A DNA stretch of 64,000 nucleotides, taken from assembly GCA_050633305.1 (NCBI GenBank), contig JBOEGF010000008.1, positions 128,001-192,000 of the forward strand, read 5' to 3'. Below the pieces are notes generated by a model, which was given only the letters and a program-made list of their open reading frames with translations, ran no database searches and had not been told where the DNA came from. The DNA is from Nannocystales bacterium. Its GTDB lineage: Bacteria; Myxococcota_A; Polyangia; Nannocystales; Nannocystaceae. Of the stretch, positions 30,076 to 41,303 are shown piece by piece. Position 1 is the first letter of the stretch, and each line of letters starts with the position of its first letter. The position numbers were made by a program, and so were the translations under genes.

Positions 30076-31140
30076 ATGACTTCACCAGCGAAACAGCGCG
30101 CCGCCGCCGTCCTCCAAGACCCCCGGTGGGCAGCGATCCTCTCTCGAGGCGAGGGCAGCTTCCTCTACTCGGTCAGCACGACCGGGGTCTACTGTCGCCC
30201 TTCATGCGGGTCGCGACGGCCCCGACCCGAGAACGTCGCATTCCACGAGGACGCCGAGGCCGCCCGCAACGCCGGTTTTCGGGCCTGCAAACGGTGCGAC
30301 CCAGAGGGACCCAGCCGCTCGGAGCGACGAAGTGCGCTCGTCGAAGAGCTCTGCCGCTGGATCGAGCAGAGCGAGGAGCCCCCTTCCCTGCAACAACTTG
30401 CCGACCGCGCCGGACTCAGTCCCTCGCATACGCACCGGATGTTCAAAGCCGTGACCGGCGTAACGCCGCGGGCCTACGCCGCGGCGAACCGGGCACGCCG
30501 GGTTCGGCAGGAACTCAAGAGCGCAGGCAGCATCACCACCGCGATCCATGCCGCGGGCTACAACTCATCCGCCCGGTTCTACGAGGAGTCCAACGAGCTC
30601 CTCGGCATGACACCGACCGAGTTTCGCCGCGGTGCGGCGCAGCTCCCCATCCGGTTCGCGGTCGGCGAATCCTCGTTGGGCTCCGTGCTCGTGGCAGCCA
30701 CAACCCGAGGCGTATGCGCGATTCTCCTCGGCGACGACCCTGAGGCACTCGTGCACGACTTGGAGCGCCAGTTCCCAGACACCGAGTTGGTCGGGGCCGA
30801 CCAAGCTTTCGAGGCGTTGGTCGCGAACGTGGTGGGACTCGTCGAGGACCCCACGGTTGCCAGCACCGTGCCGCTCGACATCCGCGGGACCGCGTTTCAA
30901 CGACGGGTTTGGGACGCGCTGCGCAAGGTCCCCGCGGGCGAGACCATCAGTTACTCGGAGCTTGCCCGCAGGACCGGGTCGCCGCGTTCGGCACGGGCCG
31001 TCGCCCAAGCGTGCGCCCGCAACACCCTGGCGGTCGCCATTCCCTGCCACCGAGTGGTTCGCGCAGACGGATCTGTGTCTGGCTACCGCTGGGGGGTCGA
31101 ACGGAAGGTGGAGCTGCTCGAACGCGAGGAAAAGGCGTGA
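30076..31140 (+). CDS. ada: Bifunctional Ada regulator / O6-methylguanine-DNA methyltransferase
   Basis: YCRPSC...RACKRC zinc domain, AraC HTH, PCHRV active site. Confidence 0.95.
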   Translation: MTSPAKQRAAAVLQDPRWAAILSRGEGSFLYSVSTTGVYCRPSCGSRRPRPENVAFHEDAEAARNAGFRACKRCDPEGPSRSERRSALVEELCRWIEQSEEPPSLQQLADRAGLSPSHTHRMFKAVTGVTPRAYAAANRARRVRQELKSAGSITTAIHAAGYNSSARFYEESNELLGMTPTEFRRGAAQLPIRFAVGESSLGSVLVAATTRGVCAILLGDDPEALVHDLERQFPDTELVGADQAFEALVANVVGLVEDPTVASTVPLDIRGTAFQRRVWDALRKVPAGETISYSELARRTGSPRSARAVAQACARNTLAVAIPCHRVVRADGSVSGYRWGVERKVELLEREEKA

Positions 31141-31877
31141 ACCCTAACTCCGCCCCATCCCTTCCCCAGCCCGACATCGCAGCCCGTCTCGGTGCGATGA
31201 ACTGGGCTCGGGTGACCCAAGAACTCGATGAGGACGGGTGCGCGACACTGCCCACGCTTCTGCACCCAGCGGAGTGCGAGCATCTGCGCGCCACGTACCG
31301 CAATGGTGAGGCGTTCCGCTCGCATATCGACATGGAACGGTTCGTGTTCGGACGCGGTGAGTACAAGTACTTCGCGTACCCCTTGCCGCCTCTTGTCGCC
31401 GCCCTACGCACCGCTCTGTTCCAGCGATTGGCCGCGATCGCGAATGCCTGGAGCGCTGCGCTGGGGAACGACACGCGCTATCCCGCCGAGCACAGCGCAT
31501 TCGTCGACCGTTGCCACGCCGCCGGACAGACCCGGCCCACGCCGCTGTTGCTGCGATACACCGAGGGCGACTACAACCGCCTTCACCAGGACCTCTACGG
31601 GGAGCACGCCTTTCCCCTGCAGGTTGCCGTGCTCCTCTCCGAGCCCGGACGCGACTTCACCGGCGGCGAGTTCGTCCTGACCCAGCAGCGACCACGCGCT
31701 CAGTCCCGAGTCCACGTGGTGCCACTGCGTCAAGGCGACGCCGTGGTGTTTGCAACCCACCACCGACCTGAGCCCGGAGTCCGTGGTTTTCGGCGGGTCA
31801 ACCTCCGGCACGGTGTCAGCGTCGTGCGCTCGGGTCGACGGCATTCGCTGGGAGTCATCTTCCACGACGCGAAGTGA
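31137..31877 (+). CDS. 2OG-Fe(II) oxygenase (DUF2086-like)
   Basis: GTGA overlap with ada; FGRGEYKYF, LHQDLYGE, RHGVS and LGVIFHDA. Confidence 0.88.
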   Translation: MNPNSAPSLPQPDIAARLGAMNWARVTQELDEDGCATLPTLLHPAECEHLRATYRNGEAFRSHIDMERFVFGRGEYKYFAYPLPPLVAALRTALFQRLAAIANAWSAALGNDTRYPAEHSAFVDRCHAAGQTRPTPLLLRYTEGDYNRLHQDLYGEHAFPLQVAVLLSEPGRDFTGGEFVLTQQRPRAQSRVHVVPLRQGDAVVFATHHRPEPGVRGFRRVNLRHGVSVVRSGRRHSLGVIFHDAK

Positions 31878-32028
31878 CCTGCTCTCTGAGTTCACGAGCA
31901 AGAAACGGAGCGCCGCCGAAAAAAGCCGCTGCTAGACACTGTTCACGAAGGCGAGGTCGAAACGTGCAGGGACGCCGTGGCGGACCCACCGACCTCGGGT
32001 CTTCGGTCCAACGACAGAGAAACAGGCA

Positions 32029-32772
32029 ATGGCTCGATTCAACAACAAGAAAGTTCTCATCACAGGCGGCAGCAGCGGAATCGGTCTTGCGACCGCGGAA
32101 CGACTGGTCTCCGAAGGCGCTCACGTTCTCATCACCGGGAGCAATGCAGACAGACTCGCGACCGCGGCAAAACAGCTGAACGTCATGACACTCCAGAACG
32201 ACGCCGGGGACCCCGAGGCGGCACCGGCTCTGGCCGAATTCGCGAAGCGAGAATTCGGTCGACTGGACGGGGTCTTCCTCAACGCCGGATTCGGCCGATT
32301 TCGGCCACTGGAGGATGTCACCGCCGACGACTTCGATGCCCACTACGACGTAAACGTCCGGGGGCCCCTGCTGCAGCTCAAGTCCTTGTCCGAGGGTCTC
32401 GTCGATCAAGGGGCGGTCGTGTTCAACACTTCGATCGCGCGTACGATCGGAATGGCCGGCGCCTCGGTGTACGCCTCCACGAAGGGCGCGCTGCGTACCG
32501 TCGTCCGTGTCCTCGCCCGAGAATTCTCCGGTCGGGGAATCCGCGTGAACGCGGTCAGCCCTGGCCCGATCAAGAGCGACTTCCTCCGGCGTGCCGGGAT
32601 GGAGCCGACCGACATCGAAGGCTTCACGGCGCAGATCGTCTCCCAGGTGCCGCTGGGAAGAATGGGCGAGCCCTCGGAAGTCGCCGCCGTCGCAGCCTTC
32701 CTGCTGTCATCCGACGCCTCCTTCGTCACGGGGTCGGAGTACATCGTCGACGGTGGGTTGACCGAGCTGTAG
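32029..32772 (+). CDS. SDR-family oxidoreductase
   Basis: TGGSSGIG, NAG, YASTK and VNAVSPGP motifs. Confidence 0.92.
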   Translation: MARFNNKKVLITGGSSGIGLATAERLVSEGAHVLITGSNADRLATAAKQLNVMTLQNDAGDPEAAPALAEFAKREFGRLDGVFLNAGFGRFRPLEDVTADDFDAHYDVNVRGPLLQLKSLSEGLVDQGAVVFNTSIARTIGMAGASVYASTKGALRTVVRVLAREFSGRGIRVNAVSPGPIKSDFLRRAGMEPTDIEGFTAQIVSQVPLGRMGEPSEVAAVAAFLLSSDASFVTGSEYIVDGGLTEL

Positions 32773-32840
32773 CCACGTCGCGCGCCGTGTGCCTCGGCTG
32801 GGACCGCAACAGCCGAGCTTCGCGGAACGCCTCGGCGCGC

Positions 32841-34823
32841 TCACCGTTGACGAAGGGGAGCTCGACACTCGCGGCGCCACGCCCATGTCGCCACGAGCAT
32901 GAGGATAGGACTCCCGCCGCCCCCAGGACCCGTCCGACAGCCTCCGCCTTCTCCCGTTGCGGAGGCGCCGGTTTCAGCGGCATCACCGCTGGAACCCCGG
33001 CTCCCAATCGTACTGCTTCCTGAGGTCGGGACGCTCCCTGACGTCGTGCTTTCTCCGCCCGTACCACCGCCGCTGCCCATCCCCGACGACCCCTGGGAAC
33101 CCGTCGTCGTTCCCATGGGTGGGGTCCAGCCGACCTCCAGCACCACCGCTTCCGAGCTTCCCTGGACGTCCCAGATGTTCGTCGCGACGGCAACCACCTC
33201 CCAAGTCCCAACGGGAAACACGACCTCAGCAAACGAGAACGGAGGGACCTCGTCCACAACCGGTTGGAGTTCCCCGTTGATCGAAAGTTGAACGAACGCC
33301 GTATCGCTGCTTGTCTCGACATCGATCGTCGTCGCCAGGGAAAGCTCCTCGGTCTGGCTCGAGACGGGGTCGGAGATCACGACCGATGGCGGCGCGGTGG
33401 GGGGAACGAGCGCGGCCTCGATCGCGGCGGGAGCCTGCGGCAGCGGACCGATCCGTCCGGTATCTCCGACCGGCTGCGGCAAGCCGGTCCCTTGAAGCAC
33501 GGTCCTCATCTGGGCCGAAGTCAGCGGCTCCCCACCCTCGTCCTTCACCGCTCCCTGCACCAGTGCTGCCACCCCCGCAACGATGGGACCAGCGGAACTC
33601 GTCCCGTTGAAGACAGCCGTGTAGCTCTGATTGGGGTCATCGCCGTACATCGCGTACTGGCCATAGCCGGTCGTGAAGACCTGCTCGCCCCAACCCTGGA
33701 CATCCAGGCGCTCCCCGAATGTGCTGAAGTTCAGGCGCTCCCGCGTGCCCGGTCGGCCTGCCCCCACCATGATCGCCCCGGAGTCTCCCCGCTCCCGATA
33801 CGAGGCAAGCTCGTCGCGATCCAAGTCGAGTTCACCGTTCCCGGCAGTCGCGACCACCACCACCCCTGCATCCGCCGCCATTCGGCTCGCCATCCACACG
33901 GCTTCGTTGATCTCGGCGGGTCCCAGCAACCCCGTGAGAGGTTCGGGCGTCTGCATCTCGAGCAGGATGACGTCCCCCACAGCCGCATCAGCAGCCGCGG
34001 AGATGATCGATTCGGGTCGCCGGGAGCCCGACTCGATCGAGAGCTCAGGGTAGACCCCGAGCGTGCCACCCGGCGCGATCCCGGTGACCCCGTACCCGTT
34101 GTCCCCCGCGATCAGGACCCCGGCGACCCCGGTCCCATGCTGCTCCACACCAGGGATGCCCGCCAGCGCTTCGAGGTCTGGCGTCTGGTTGGCCTCGGGC
34201 GTCAGCGTGCCCTCGTTCCACTCTTCATGCGCGAGCAACCACGCGTACTCGATGTCCACCAGCCCCACGCCGACGCCGCGGTAGCCCATGCCCCATGCCC
34301 CGATCGCATCGACGCCAGGGTCCGAGCCGAGATAGCCCTGGAGCGCCTGGAGGTCCGGTGTCGTGGGGGCGATGTCGACAGGCGCCGGCGTCCCAACGGG
34401 ACTGACGCTGACGAACTCCACCACAGGCAAGGCCTGAAGCGCCCTCGCGTCTTCCAATGAGCCGCCGTCCACCTCAAACACGCCGAGCAGGTCGGGTTGC
34501 TCGCGGCCGCTCTTCGCTCGTGCCCGCGTGGCGAGTCGTGCAACACGCCCCGCATCGGGAAACATCGGCGTGAGGCGGAGCGAACGTTCGAGGAGCAGCT
34601 CGTTCAGCGCAACGACGTCGTGCCCGGATCCACTTCGGACCCTCGAGTCCGTCTCCCCTCGAACGGCGGCGAAGTCGGCAAACTTCACGACCACGCGGTG
34701 TGGACCTCCAACCGCCGTGAGCGGAGCCTTTGCGATCGGTCGACGGGGGCGGGCCGCCTCGGTTGGAACCGGGAGCAACGCCAAGCTTCCCGCCACCGCC
34801 AGTCCCCATGCCCGAAGTGCCAT
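32841..34823 (-). CDS. S8 (subtilisin-like) peptidase with Ig-like domain and MYXO-CTERM-like tail
   Basis: Catalytic D (VDIE), HGT and GTSS; Ser/Gly linker then GGCR...hydrophobic...WRR; start set at ATG 34823. Confidence 0.85.
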   Translation of the reverse strand: MALRAWGLAVAGSLALLPVPTEAARPRRPIAKAPLTAVGGPHRVVVKFADFAAVRGETDSRVRSGSGHDVVALNELLLERSLRLTPMFPDAGRVARLATRARAKSGREQPDLLGVFEVDGGSLEDARALQALPVVEFVSVSPVGTPAPVDIAPTTPDLQALQGYLGSDPGVDAIGAWGMGYRGVGVGLVDIEYAWLLAHEEWNEGTLTPEANQTPDLEALAGIPGVEQHGTGVAGVLIAGDNGYGVTGIAPGGTLGVYPELSIESGSRRPESIISAAADAAVGDVILLEMQTPEPLTGLLGPAEINEAVWMASRMAADAGVVVVATAGNGELDLDRDELASYRERGDSGAIMVGAGRPGTRERLNFSTFGERLDVQGWGEQVFTTGYGQYAMYGDDPNQSYTAVFNGTSSAGPIVAGVAALVQGAVKDEGGEPLTSAQMRTVLQGTGLPQPVGDTGRIGPLPQAPAAIEAALVPPTAPPSVVISDPVSSQTEELSLATTIDVETSSDTAFVQLSINGELQPVVDEVPPFSFAEVVFPVGTWEVVAVATNIWDVQGSSEAVVLEVGWTPPMGTTTGSQGSSGMGSGGGTGGESTTSGSVPTSGSSTIGSRGSSGDAAETGASATGEGGGCRTGPGGGGSPILMLVATWAWRRECRAPLRQR

Positions 34824-35066
34824 CCCCACAACTGTACCCGCCACACTCGGGCCTGAAGGCTCGCGCGATCTCGCAGGCGCCCACAGCACGGTAGGTGCGA
34901 GACGAGGCGAGCCACGTTCTCCGCAGCCGATGGCGGCCCGGGATGAAACTCCGGTCGCGACCAGTGCGCCCATCAACAGCATGTCCAAGCACGAGCACGG
35001 ACACGGACGCCAAAAAGCCCACACTCCGCTCGGGAATGTGGGCTCGGTGAGCGTTGAGGATGAGAC

Positions 35067-35234
35067 TCAGGAGCGGACCGCGGGCTCTGCCTCGACGACC
35101 CGAAGTGTCCGTCCTGGAGCGGGCACCGGCTGTCGCACGGTCCGGGGGTCCTCATCGATACTCGTCTCGCACTCGACGCGCTTGAGGACCCAGACACCGT
35201 GCTCGGGGCGGAACTCGCTTTGGAAGTCGCTCAT
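35067..35234 (-). CDS. Possible 55-aa protein MSDFQSEFRPEHGVWVLKRVECETSIDEDPRTVRQPVPAPGRTLRVVEAEPAVRS
   Basis: ATG to TGA ORF with mostly G/C-ending codons, lying between two minus-strand genes. Confidence 0.35.
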   Translation of the reverse strand: MSDFQSEFRPEHGVWVLKRVECETSIDEDPRTVRQPVPAPGRTLRVVEAEPAVRS

Positions 35235-35321
35235 CTCATTTCCAACATACGGTTTCGGTGTCGGGAATCCATGTCGATGCGATTTCAGTCCGCGGCCGCG
35301 CCGCCCGAGACGAGAGCTGGC

Positions 35322-35663
35322 CTACGAAAACAGATCTTCGAACAGCTCTTCGTTGAAGCCGACGATCAGCGTCTTGCCGACTCTGAGCGTGGGCGCGCGG
35401 AGATTTCCGGTCGGCCCGAGCATCGCCGCGACCGCGTCTTCCGAGCGCAGCGCATTCCCCTTGAAGCTGGACAGCTTCTTTCCTTTGGCCACGTGCAGCG
35501 TGGAGGCTGCGGCGAGCATTTCCGTCGCGACATCACGGCCGAGCTTGCGGCTGGCCGGAACCTTCTCTTGGGCAACGAGGCCCCGTGCATCCATGAACTT
35601 GGACGCTCTTGTGCAACTCGTTCAACCGTTGCGGTGGTAGTGCCACTGGATTTTTTTTGCCAT
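35322..35663 (-). CDS. ArsC-family (thioredoxin-fold) selenoprotein, 113 aa, UxxC with Sec at codon 14
   Basis: AAGGA RBS, then ATG MAKKIQWHYHRNG-TGA(35624-35622)-TSC in frame with ORF 35322..35594; LRAPTL..LIVGF C-terminus. Confidence 0.85.
35587..35606 (-). other. Putative bacterial SECIS hairpin
   Basis: GCGUCCA-AGUUCA-UGGAUGC 7-bp stem; loop begins 22 nt after UGA with G at loop position 2. Confidence 0.65.
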
Positions 35664-35697
35664 CCGGGATCCTTTCTCGTTCGTCTCGAGTTCGTGT

Positions 35698-36735
35698 TCA
35701 CAACTCGTCGCAGGCGCATCCCCAACTCTCCGGGAGAGATGGGCACGTGACCGAAGCGATCACGCGGTGGCCTTCGGAGTTCGGGTGAATGTAGTCGAAC
35801 CCTCGCAGTTCGGGGCGCATGAACCACTGCGGAACTTCGGATGCCCGCTGTGCGTCTGCAGCCAGCGCAGCCTCGTACGCATCGGGGTCGAGATCGGCGT
35901 GGGCCTTCTTCCAGGCGCGGTCTCTCTCAAACAGACGACGCATGGCGTCCACGTCCCGTGGCTCGGCGTCTTTGTGGCGGAGCTCGGAGTCGTAGAGATC
36001 GATCCCGATGTCGACGACCTCGGAGGGATCCCAGTCGACGTCCCCCTCGACGGAGCGCTTCACCGCGTAGCGACCGAGCGCATCCTTGGGATGGTTCCGC
36101 CCCGTGACGTAGTCGACGACGATACGCGTCGCCTCGGTCTTCGAGAGCCCGGCGAGCCCCTTGAACTTGCTGAGTCCGTCCTTGCCCCACGGGGTGGGAC
36201 TGAGGACAACGGCCTTCATGCCCTTGCCATGCGCCAACTCGACCAGCCCCTTGACGTAGTGGTTGGTCATCTCCGGCATCCCAATGCTGTTGAGACCCGT
36301 CGCCACGAAGGCCCAGTACTCGAACTGCTCCTCGTTGAGTTTGATGTGGCGGTTCTTGAGGACTTGCCCGCGGAAGCGCTGCTTCATCTGCAGCGCGCCG
36401 ATGCCGGTCTTGGACAGGTTCCGGATCTCGACGTTCTCGCAGACACCACCGAGTCGCTTGTGAAACGACTGCCCCGAAAATGCTCCGACGGATCCCGCGA
36501 TGACCGCGATCTTCACCGGCTTGTCGGGCTGTTTCCACCGCCACGTCGGCGCCGGCTCTTCGCTCTCCGGCAGGGGCGGAGTCGTAGCAAGAGCGGTCAT
36601 CAGACCGAGTGGGCCGAGCAGGGAAAGAGCCACGAAGGGAGTGTGCGGCGCCGTCCCGCGATGCGTCAACGATTCGACGAAAACGAGATGTGTTGACCTA
36701 GCCCTCTCGGACAACTCGGAGAGGTCGGGAGTCAT
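35698..36735 (-). CDS. SGNH/GDSL-fold protein
   Basis: IAGSVG (Ser), GLN and FDYIHP (DxxH); N-terminal hydrophobic segment; start uncertain. Confidence 0.7.
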   Translation of the reverse strand: MTPDLSELSERARSTHLVFVESLTHRGTAPHTPFVALSLLGPLGLMTALATTPPLPESEEPAPTWRWKQPDKPVKIAVIAGSVGAFSGQSFHKRLGGVCENVEIRNLSKTGIGALQMKQRFRGQVLKNRHIKLNEEQFEYWAFVATGLNSIGMPEMTNHYVKGLVELAHGKGMKAVVLSPTPWGKDGLSKFKGLAGLSKTEATRIVVDYVTGRNHPKDALGRYAVKRSVEGDVDWDPSEVVDIGIDLYDSELRHKDAEPRDVDAMRRLFERDRAWKKAHADLDPDAYEAALAADAQRASEVPQWFMRPELRGFDYIHPNSEGHRVIASVTCPSLPESWGCACDEL

Positions 36736-36792
36736 GGATCGCCCGACGGGGGCCGCCAGACACCCACTCGGCGACCTCCGGGTCCCGCGGTG

Positions 36793-38157
36793 TCACCGCA
36801 TGGTTAGCCCGGCGGAACGACGCCGCTCCACGTAGCCGGCGATCAGCGCGTCGTACATCCACCCGCCGAGCACTTCGCGCCCCGCATGGTTGAGGTGCTT
36901 GCGGTCCGGCGCCGCCAACGGAGGCTTCTTGCGCCGCCAAGCGGCGAGACTGCCCTTGCCCCCCATCGCCGTGAAGCTGTCGAAGAACGCGCAACCAGCT
37001 TCTTCGGCGGCCTGCCGTTGCGCCTCGACCACGTCACCGAGCACGGCGGTCACGTCGAAGTCCAGGGAGCGAGCGCGATCGGTCATCGCGGTGACCAAGC
37101 AGGATGCGTCGGGTTTGCCCGCCCGCACCTTCATGATGCCTTTGACGAACTCTGCGGTGTACTGCGCTGGCTTGATCTTCTTGTTGGCGATTCGACGGGT
37201 GTCGTTGCCACCGAAGGTGAACACCAGCAGTGCGGGGTCTCGTTGCTTCACCTGCGCCGCGATGTGCTCGTCGTTCCACGCATGCATGCGCTTGGTGAAC
37301 GCACCGAGCCAGCTGAACTGGTCCCACACCAGGCCCTTGTCCGTCTCGAGCACGACACCGTAGGCGCGGACCTGACCACCACCGCCAGGGCGCACGGTGA
37401 CCGAGTGGCGCCCGTCGGCAACCTCGATCGTGTGAAACCGGTCCTCGAGGGCGTCGGCGGCGGTCTCCACAACGACCGGCTCGGCATCGTCGACCTGGAC
37501 CTTCAGCCGTCCGCCACGGCGCTGGCCGGCGTACCAAATCTCGAGGTGTGAGGAGTGACTCCCGAGTCCTTCCTTGCGGTTGCTGACCTTGGTACTGGCC
37601 CCGCCCGCGCTCCAGAATGTGGCGCCGCCGAGTCCATAGTGCCCGTCGCCTTTGCACAGGTAGCCGATGTAGCACTGCTCCCAGCCCTTCCCCTTGAGGT
37701 CGACCCAGCGGTGGATGTAGTTCGACATGTAGCGCTGAAGGAGCACCAAGCCGGCACCTCCATCGCCGAAGCGGGTTTGGAACTTGTTCCGCATGACCGA
37801 GGGCAGGTCGTCCATGCCGATCATCGACGCACCCAGATGCACGACGCGCACGACCTTGGTCTCGCCATCGTCGAGCGCAGCAAGCTGGTCGTAGAAGTAG
37901 TGGAGCGCCTCAGGGTTCTCGATCGCGTGATGCGGGGTGACCTCGTCCTCGGGGCGGGGTTTCCACATAGGCTTCTCAGGCTCCGGCTCCGCGACGACCT
38001 CGGCCTTTTTGGGCACGACAGCGGCCGCCACAGGCTTTTCGGGGGCAGCCACGGCCTGCGGGGTCGGACTCACCGGGGACTCCGACCCGCTCTCAGGCGC
38101 GGGCGACGAGCACCCCGCGAGGGCCAACACAGCAGCGACAAACGACGCTCGCATCAT
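36793..38157 (-). CDS. SGNH/GDSL lipoprotein (PatB/AlgJ-like acyltransferase candidate)
   Basis: Lipobox LAGC; HLGASM, RFGDGGAG, FGGND and DRKH. Confidence 0.82.
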   Translation of the reverse strand: MMRASFVAAVLALAGCSSPAPESGSESPVSPTPQAVAAPEKPVAAAVVPKKAEVVAEPEPEKPMWKPRPEDEVTPHHAIENPEALHYFYDQLAALDDGETKVVRVVHLGASMIGMDDLPSVMRNKFQTRFGDGGAGLVLLQRYMSNYIHRWVDLKGKGWEQCYIGYLCKGDGHYGLGGATFWSAGGASTKVSNRKEGLGSHSSHLEIWYAGQRRGGRLKVQVDDAEPVVVETAADALEDRFHTIEVADGRHSVTVRPGGGGQVRAYGVVLETDKGLVWDQFSWLGAFTKRMHAWNDEHIAAQVKQRDPALLVFTFGGNDTRRIANKKIKPAQYTAEFVKGIMKVRAGKPDASCLVTAMTDRARSLDFDVTAVLGDVVEAQRQAAEEAGCAFFDSFTAMGGKGSLAAWRRKKPPLAAPDRKHLNHAGREVLGGWMYDALIAGYVERRRSAGLTMR

Positions 38158-38160
38158 CGA

Positions 38161-39066
38161 TCAGTCTTCCTTCTTGAGTCGGCCGAGCAGCAAGCCCAGC
38201 TCGTAGCGGCGGCGGGCATCCTCATCGTTTTCGTCCTGCGTTGAGACGGCCTCGTACCCCAGACGCTCGAGCGTGGGGTTGCAGACCTTCGCCAGCATCG
38301 TCTGGGACGCGGCCGGCAGAGACTTCCACCGCGCGACACTGCGGGTGTCGACCTTGGCCCGCGCATAGGTTTTCCAGTCGCCGAACCCGACGTGCTCACT
38401 CGAGCCCAGCGCGCGTGCAACGATCCCATCGTCGTAGGCCTCATCGACGAACGCGAGCACCTCCGCGAGCACGGATTCGGGGTCCTCGGAGAGCCTCTCG
38501 TAGCGGATGCTCAGCGCATCATCGTCGTGTTCGGCGAGGTCCTCGATCGCGTTCGCCGTGTCGACCCAAGCGTGTGCAAACGCCTCGAGCGGCTGCGGGT
38601 AGCGCGTGACGTAGCGATGCAACTCCTCGACGTAGCCCCCGGTCTTGTCGGTGAGTTCAGCGATGCTGGCCGCAACGTCGAGTCCATGCCGATGCAGGCA
38701 GATGAACTTGACGTGCCCCGAGCACAGCCGGCGGATCGCAGGCACATGGAACGCGTCGAAGGCCGTCTTCTCGGCCCAACGCGTCTTGCCGGCTTTGGCT
38801 GCGTGGTCCTCGAAGAAGCCGAGGGCGAAGCGCCGCAGACGGCCCAGGACTTCGGCGTCCTCGAACCCGGCATAGCCCAGGCCCGACAACGCCCCGATCT
38901 TCAGGCCCTGCGCAAACGACTCCTCATGCAGGAACCGAGCGGCCCCACTGAGGACGTAGGTTTCCGGCGGGCACGCGATGTTCGGGTGCGCGTCGAGCAG
39001 CCGACGCAACAGCGTCGTGCCCGAGCGTGGCGTACCAAGGATGACAATCCCGGGCCGCTGCGTCAT
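38161..39066 (-). CDS. PAPS-dependent sulfotransferase
   Basis: 5'-PSB GTPRSGTTLLRRLLDAHP; WAEKT; 3'-PB RHGLDVAAS; RYE. Confidence 0.9.
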   Translation of the reverse strand: MTQRPGIVILGTPRSGTTLLRRLLDAHPNIACPPETYVLSGAARFLHEESFAQGLKIGALSGLGYAGFEDAEVLGRLRRFALGFFEDHAAKAGKTRWAEKTAFDAFHVPAIRRLCSGHVKFICLHRHGLDVAASIAELTDKTGGYVEELHRYVTRYPQPLEAFAHAWVDTANAIEDLAEHDDDALSIRYERLSEDPESVLAEVLAFVDEAYDDGIVARALGSSEHVGFGDWKTYARAKVDTRSVARWKSLPAASQTMLAKVCNPTLERLGYEAVSTQDENDEDARRRYELGLLLGRLKKED

Positions 39067-39305
39067 GCCGTCTGTTCCCGCGCGAACGCGAGGATGCGGC
39101 TCACCGAGTCGAGGTTGTCGAGCGTGATGTCCTCAGGGCCCATCTTGGTGCCCGTGTGCTTCTCCAAGAAGACGAGGAGATCCACCATCGCGAACGAGTC
39201 CACGAGTCCGGTGGAGAACAACTCCGTCTCATCTTTGGCCTGGCTCAAATCGACCCGGGCCTTCTCTTCGAGGTACTGAATCAGTGCATCCCGTGTGAGC
39301 GCCAT
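39063..39305 (-). CDS. Acyl/aminoacyl carrier protein (DltC-like)
   Basis: 80 aa; GLVDSF phosphopantetheine Ser motif; DNLDSV; ATGA overlap with the sulfotransferase. Confidence 0.88.
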   Translation of the reverse strand: MALTRDALIQYLEEKARVDLSQAKDETELFSTGLVDSFAMVDLLVFLEKHTGTKMGPEDITLDNLDSVSRILAFAREQTA

Positions 39306-39422
39306 GACCGGCGGACCCTACCAGGCAGTGCCTAGGTTCGGAACAAACCGCGGCTACGGGCCCCCAACGCGCGAACGCCACCGGTTGAACGACGACGAGG
39401 GTTCGGAATTTGCCCTTGGAAG

Positions 39423-39438
39423 CGGCAATCGCGTTGCA
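39423..39438 (+). promoter_or_regulatory. Putative sigma-54 (-24/-12) promoter
   Basis: CGGCAATCGCGTTGCA = GG-N10-GC with TTGCA, about 90 nt upstream of the DUF1592 gene. Confidence 0.55.
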
Positions 39439-39527
39439 AATCTCGGCTGGAGAATGCGCCTGTGCAGCCGATGCCTGTGGCACGGCAGGGGTTCTGTGGT
39501 CCACAATCGTCGCCAACTCGTACCGGG

Positions 39528-41299
<1,772 letters not shown>

Positions 41300-41303
<4 letters not shown>

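Noticed and set aside
35651..35658. A8 run in the ArsC-like gene as a programmed frameshift bypassing the TGA
   Set aside because: ATG, TGA and the downstream ORF are already in frame; Sec explains the UxxC and the hairpin.
39478..39493. TGGCACGG as a second sigma-54 site
   Set aside because: No GC at the -12 position.
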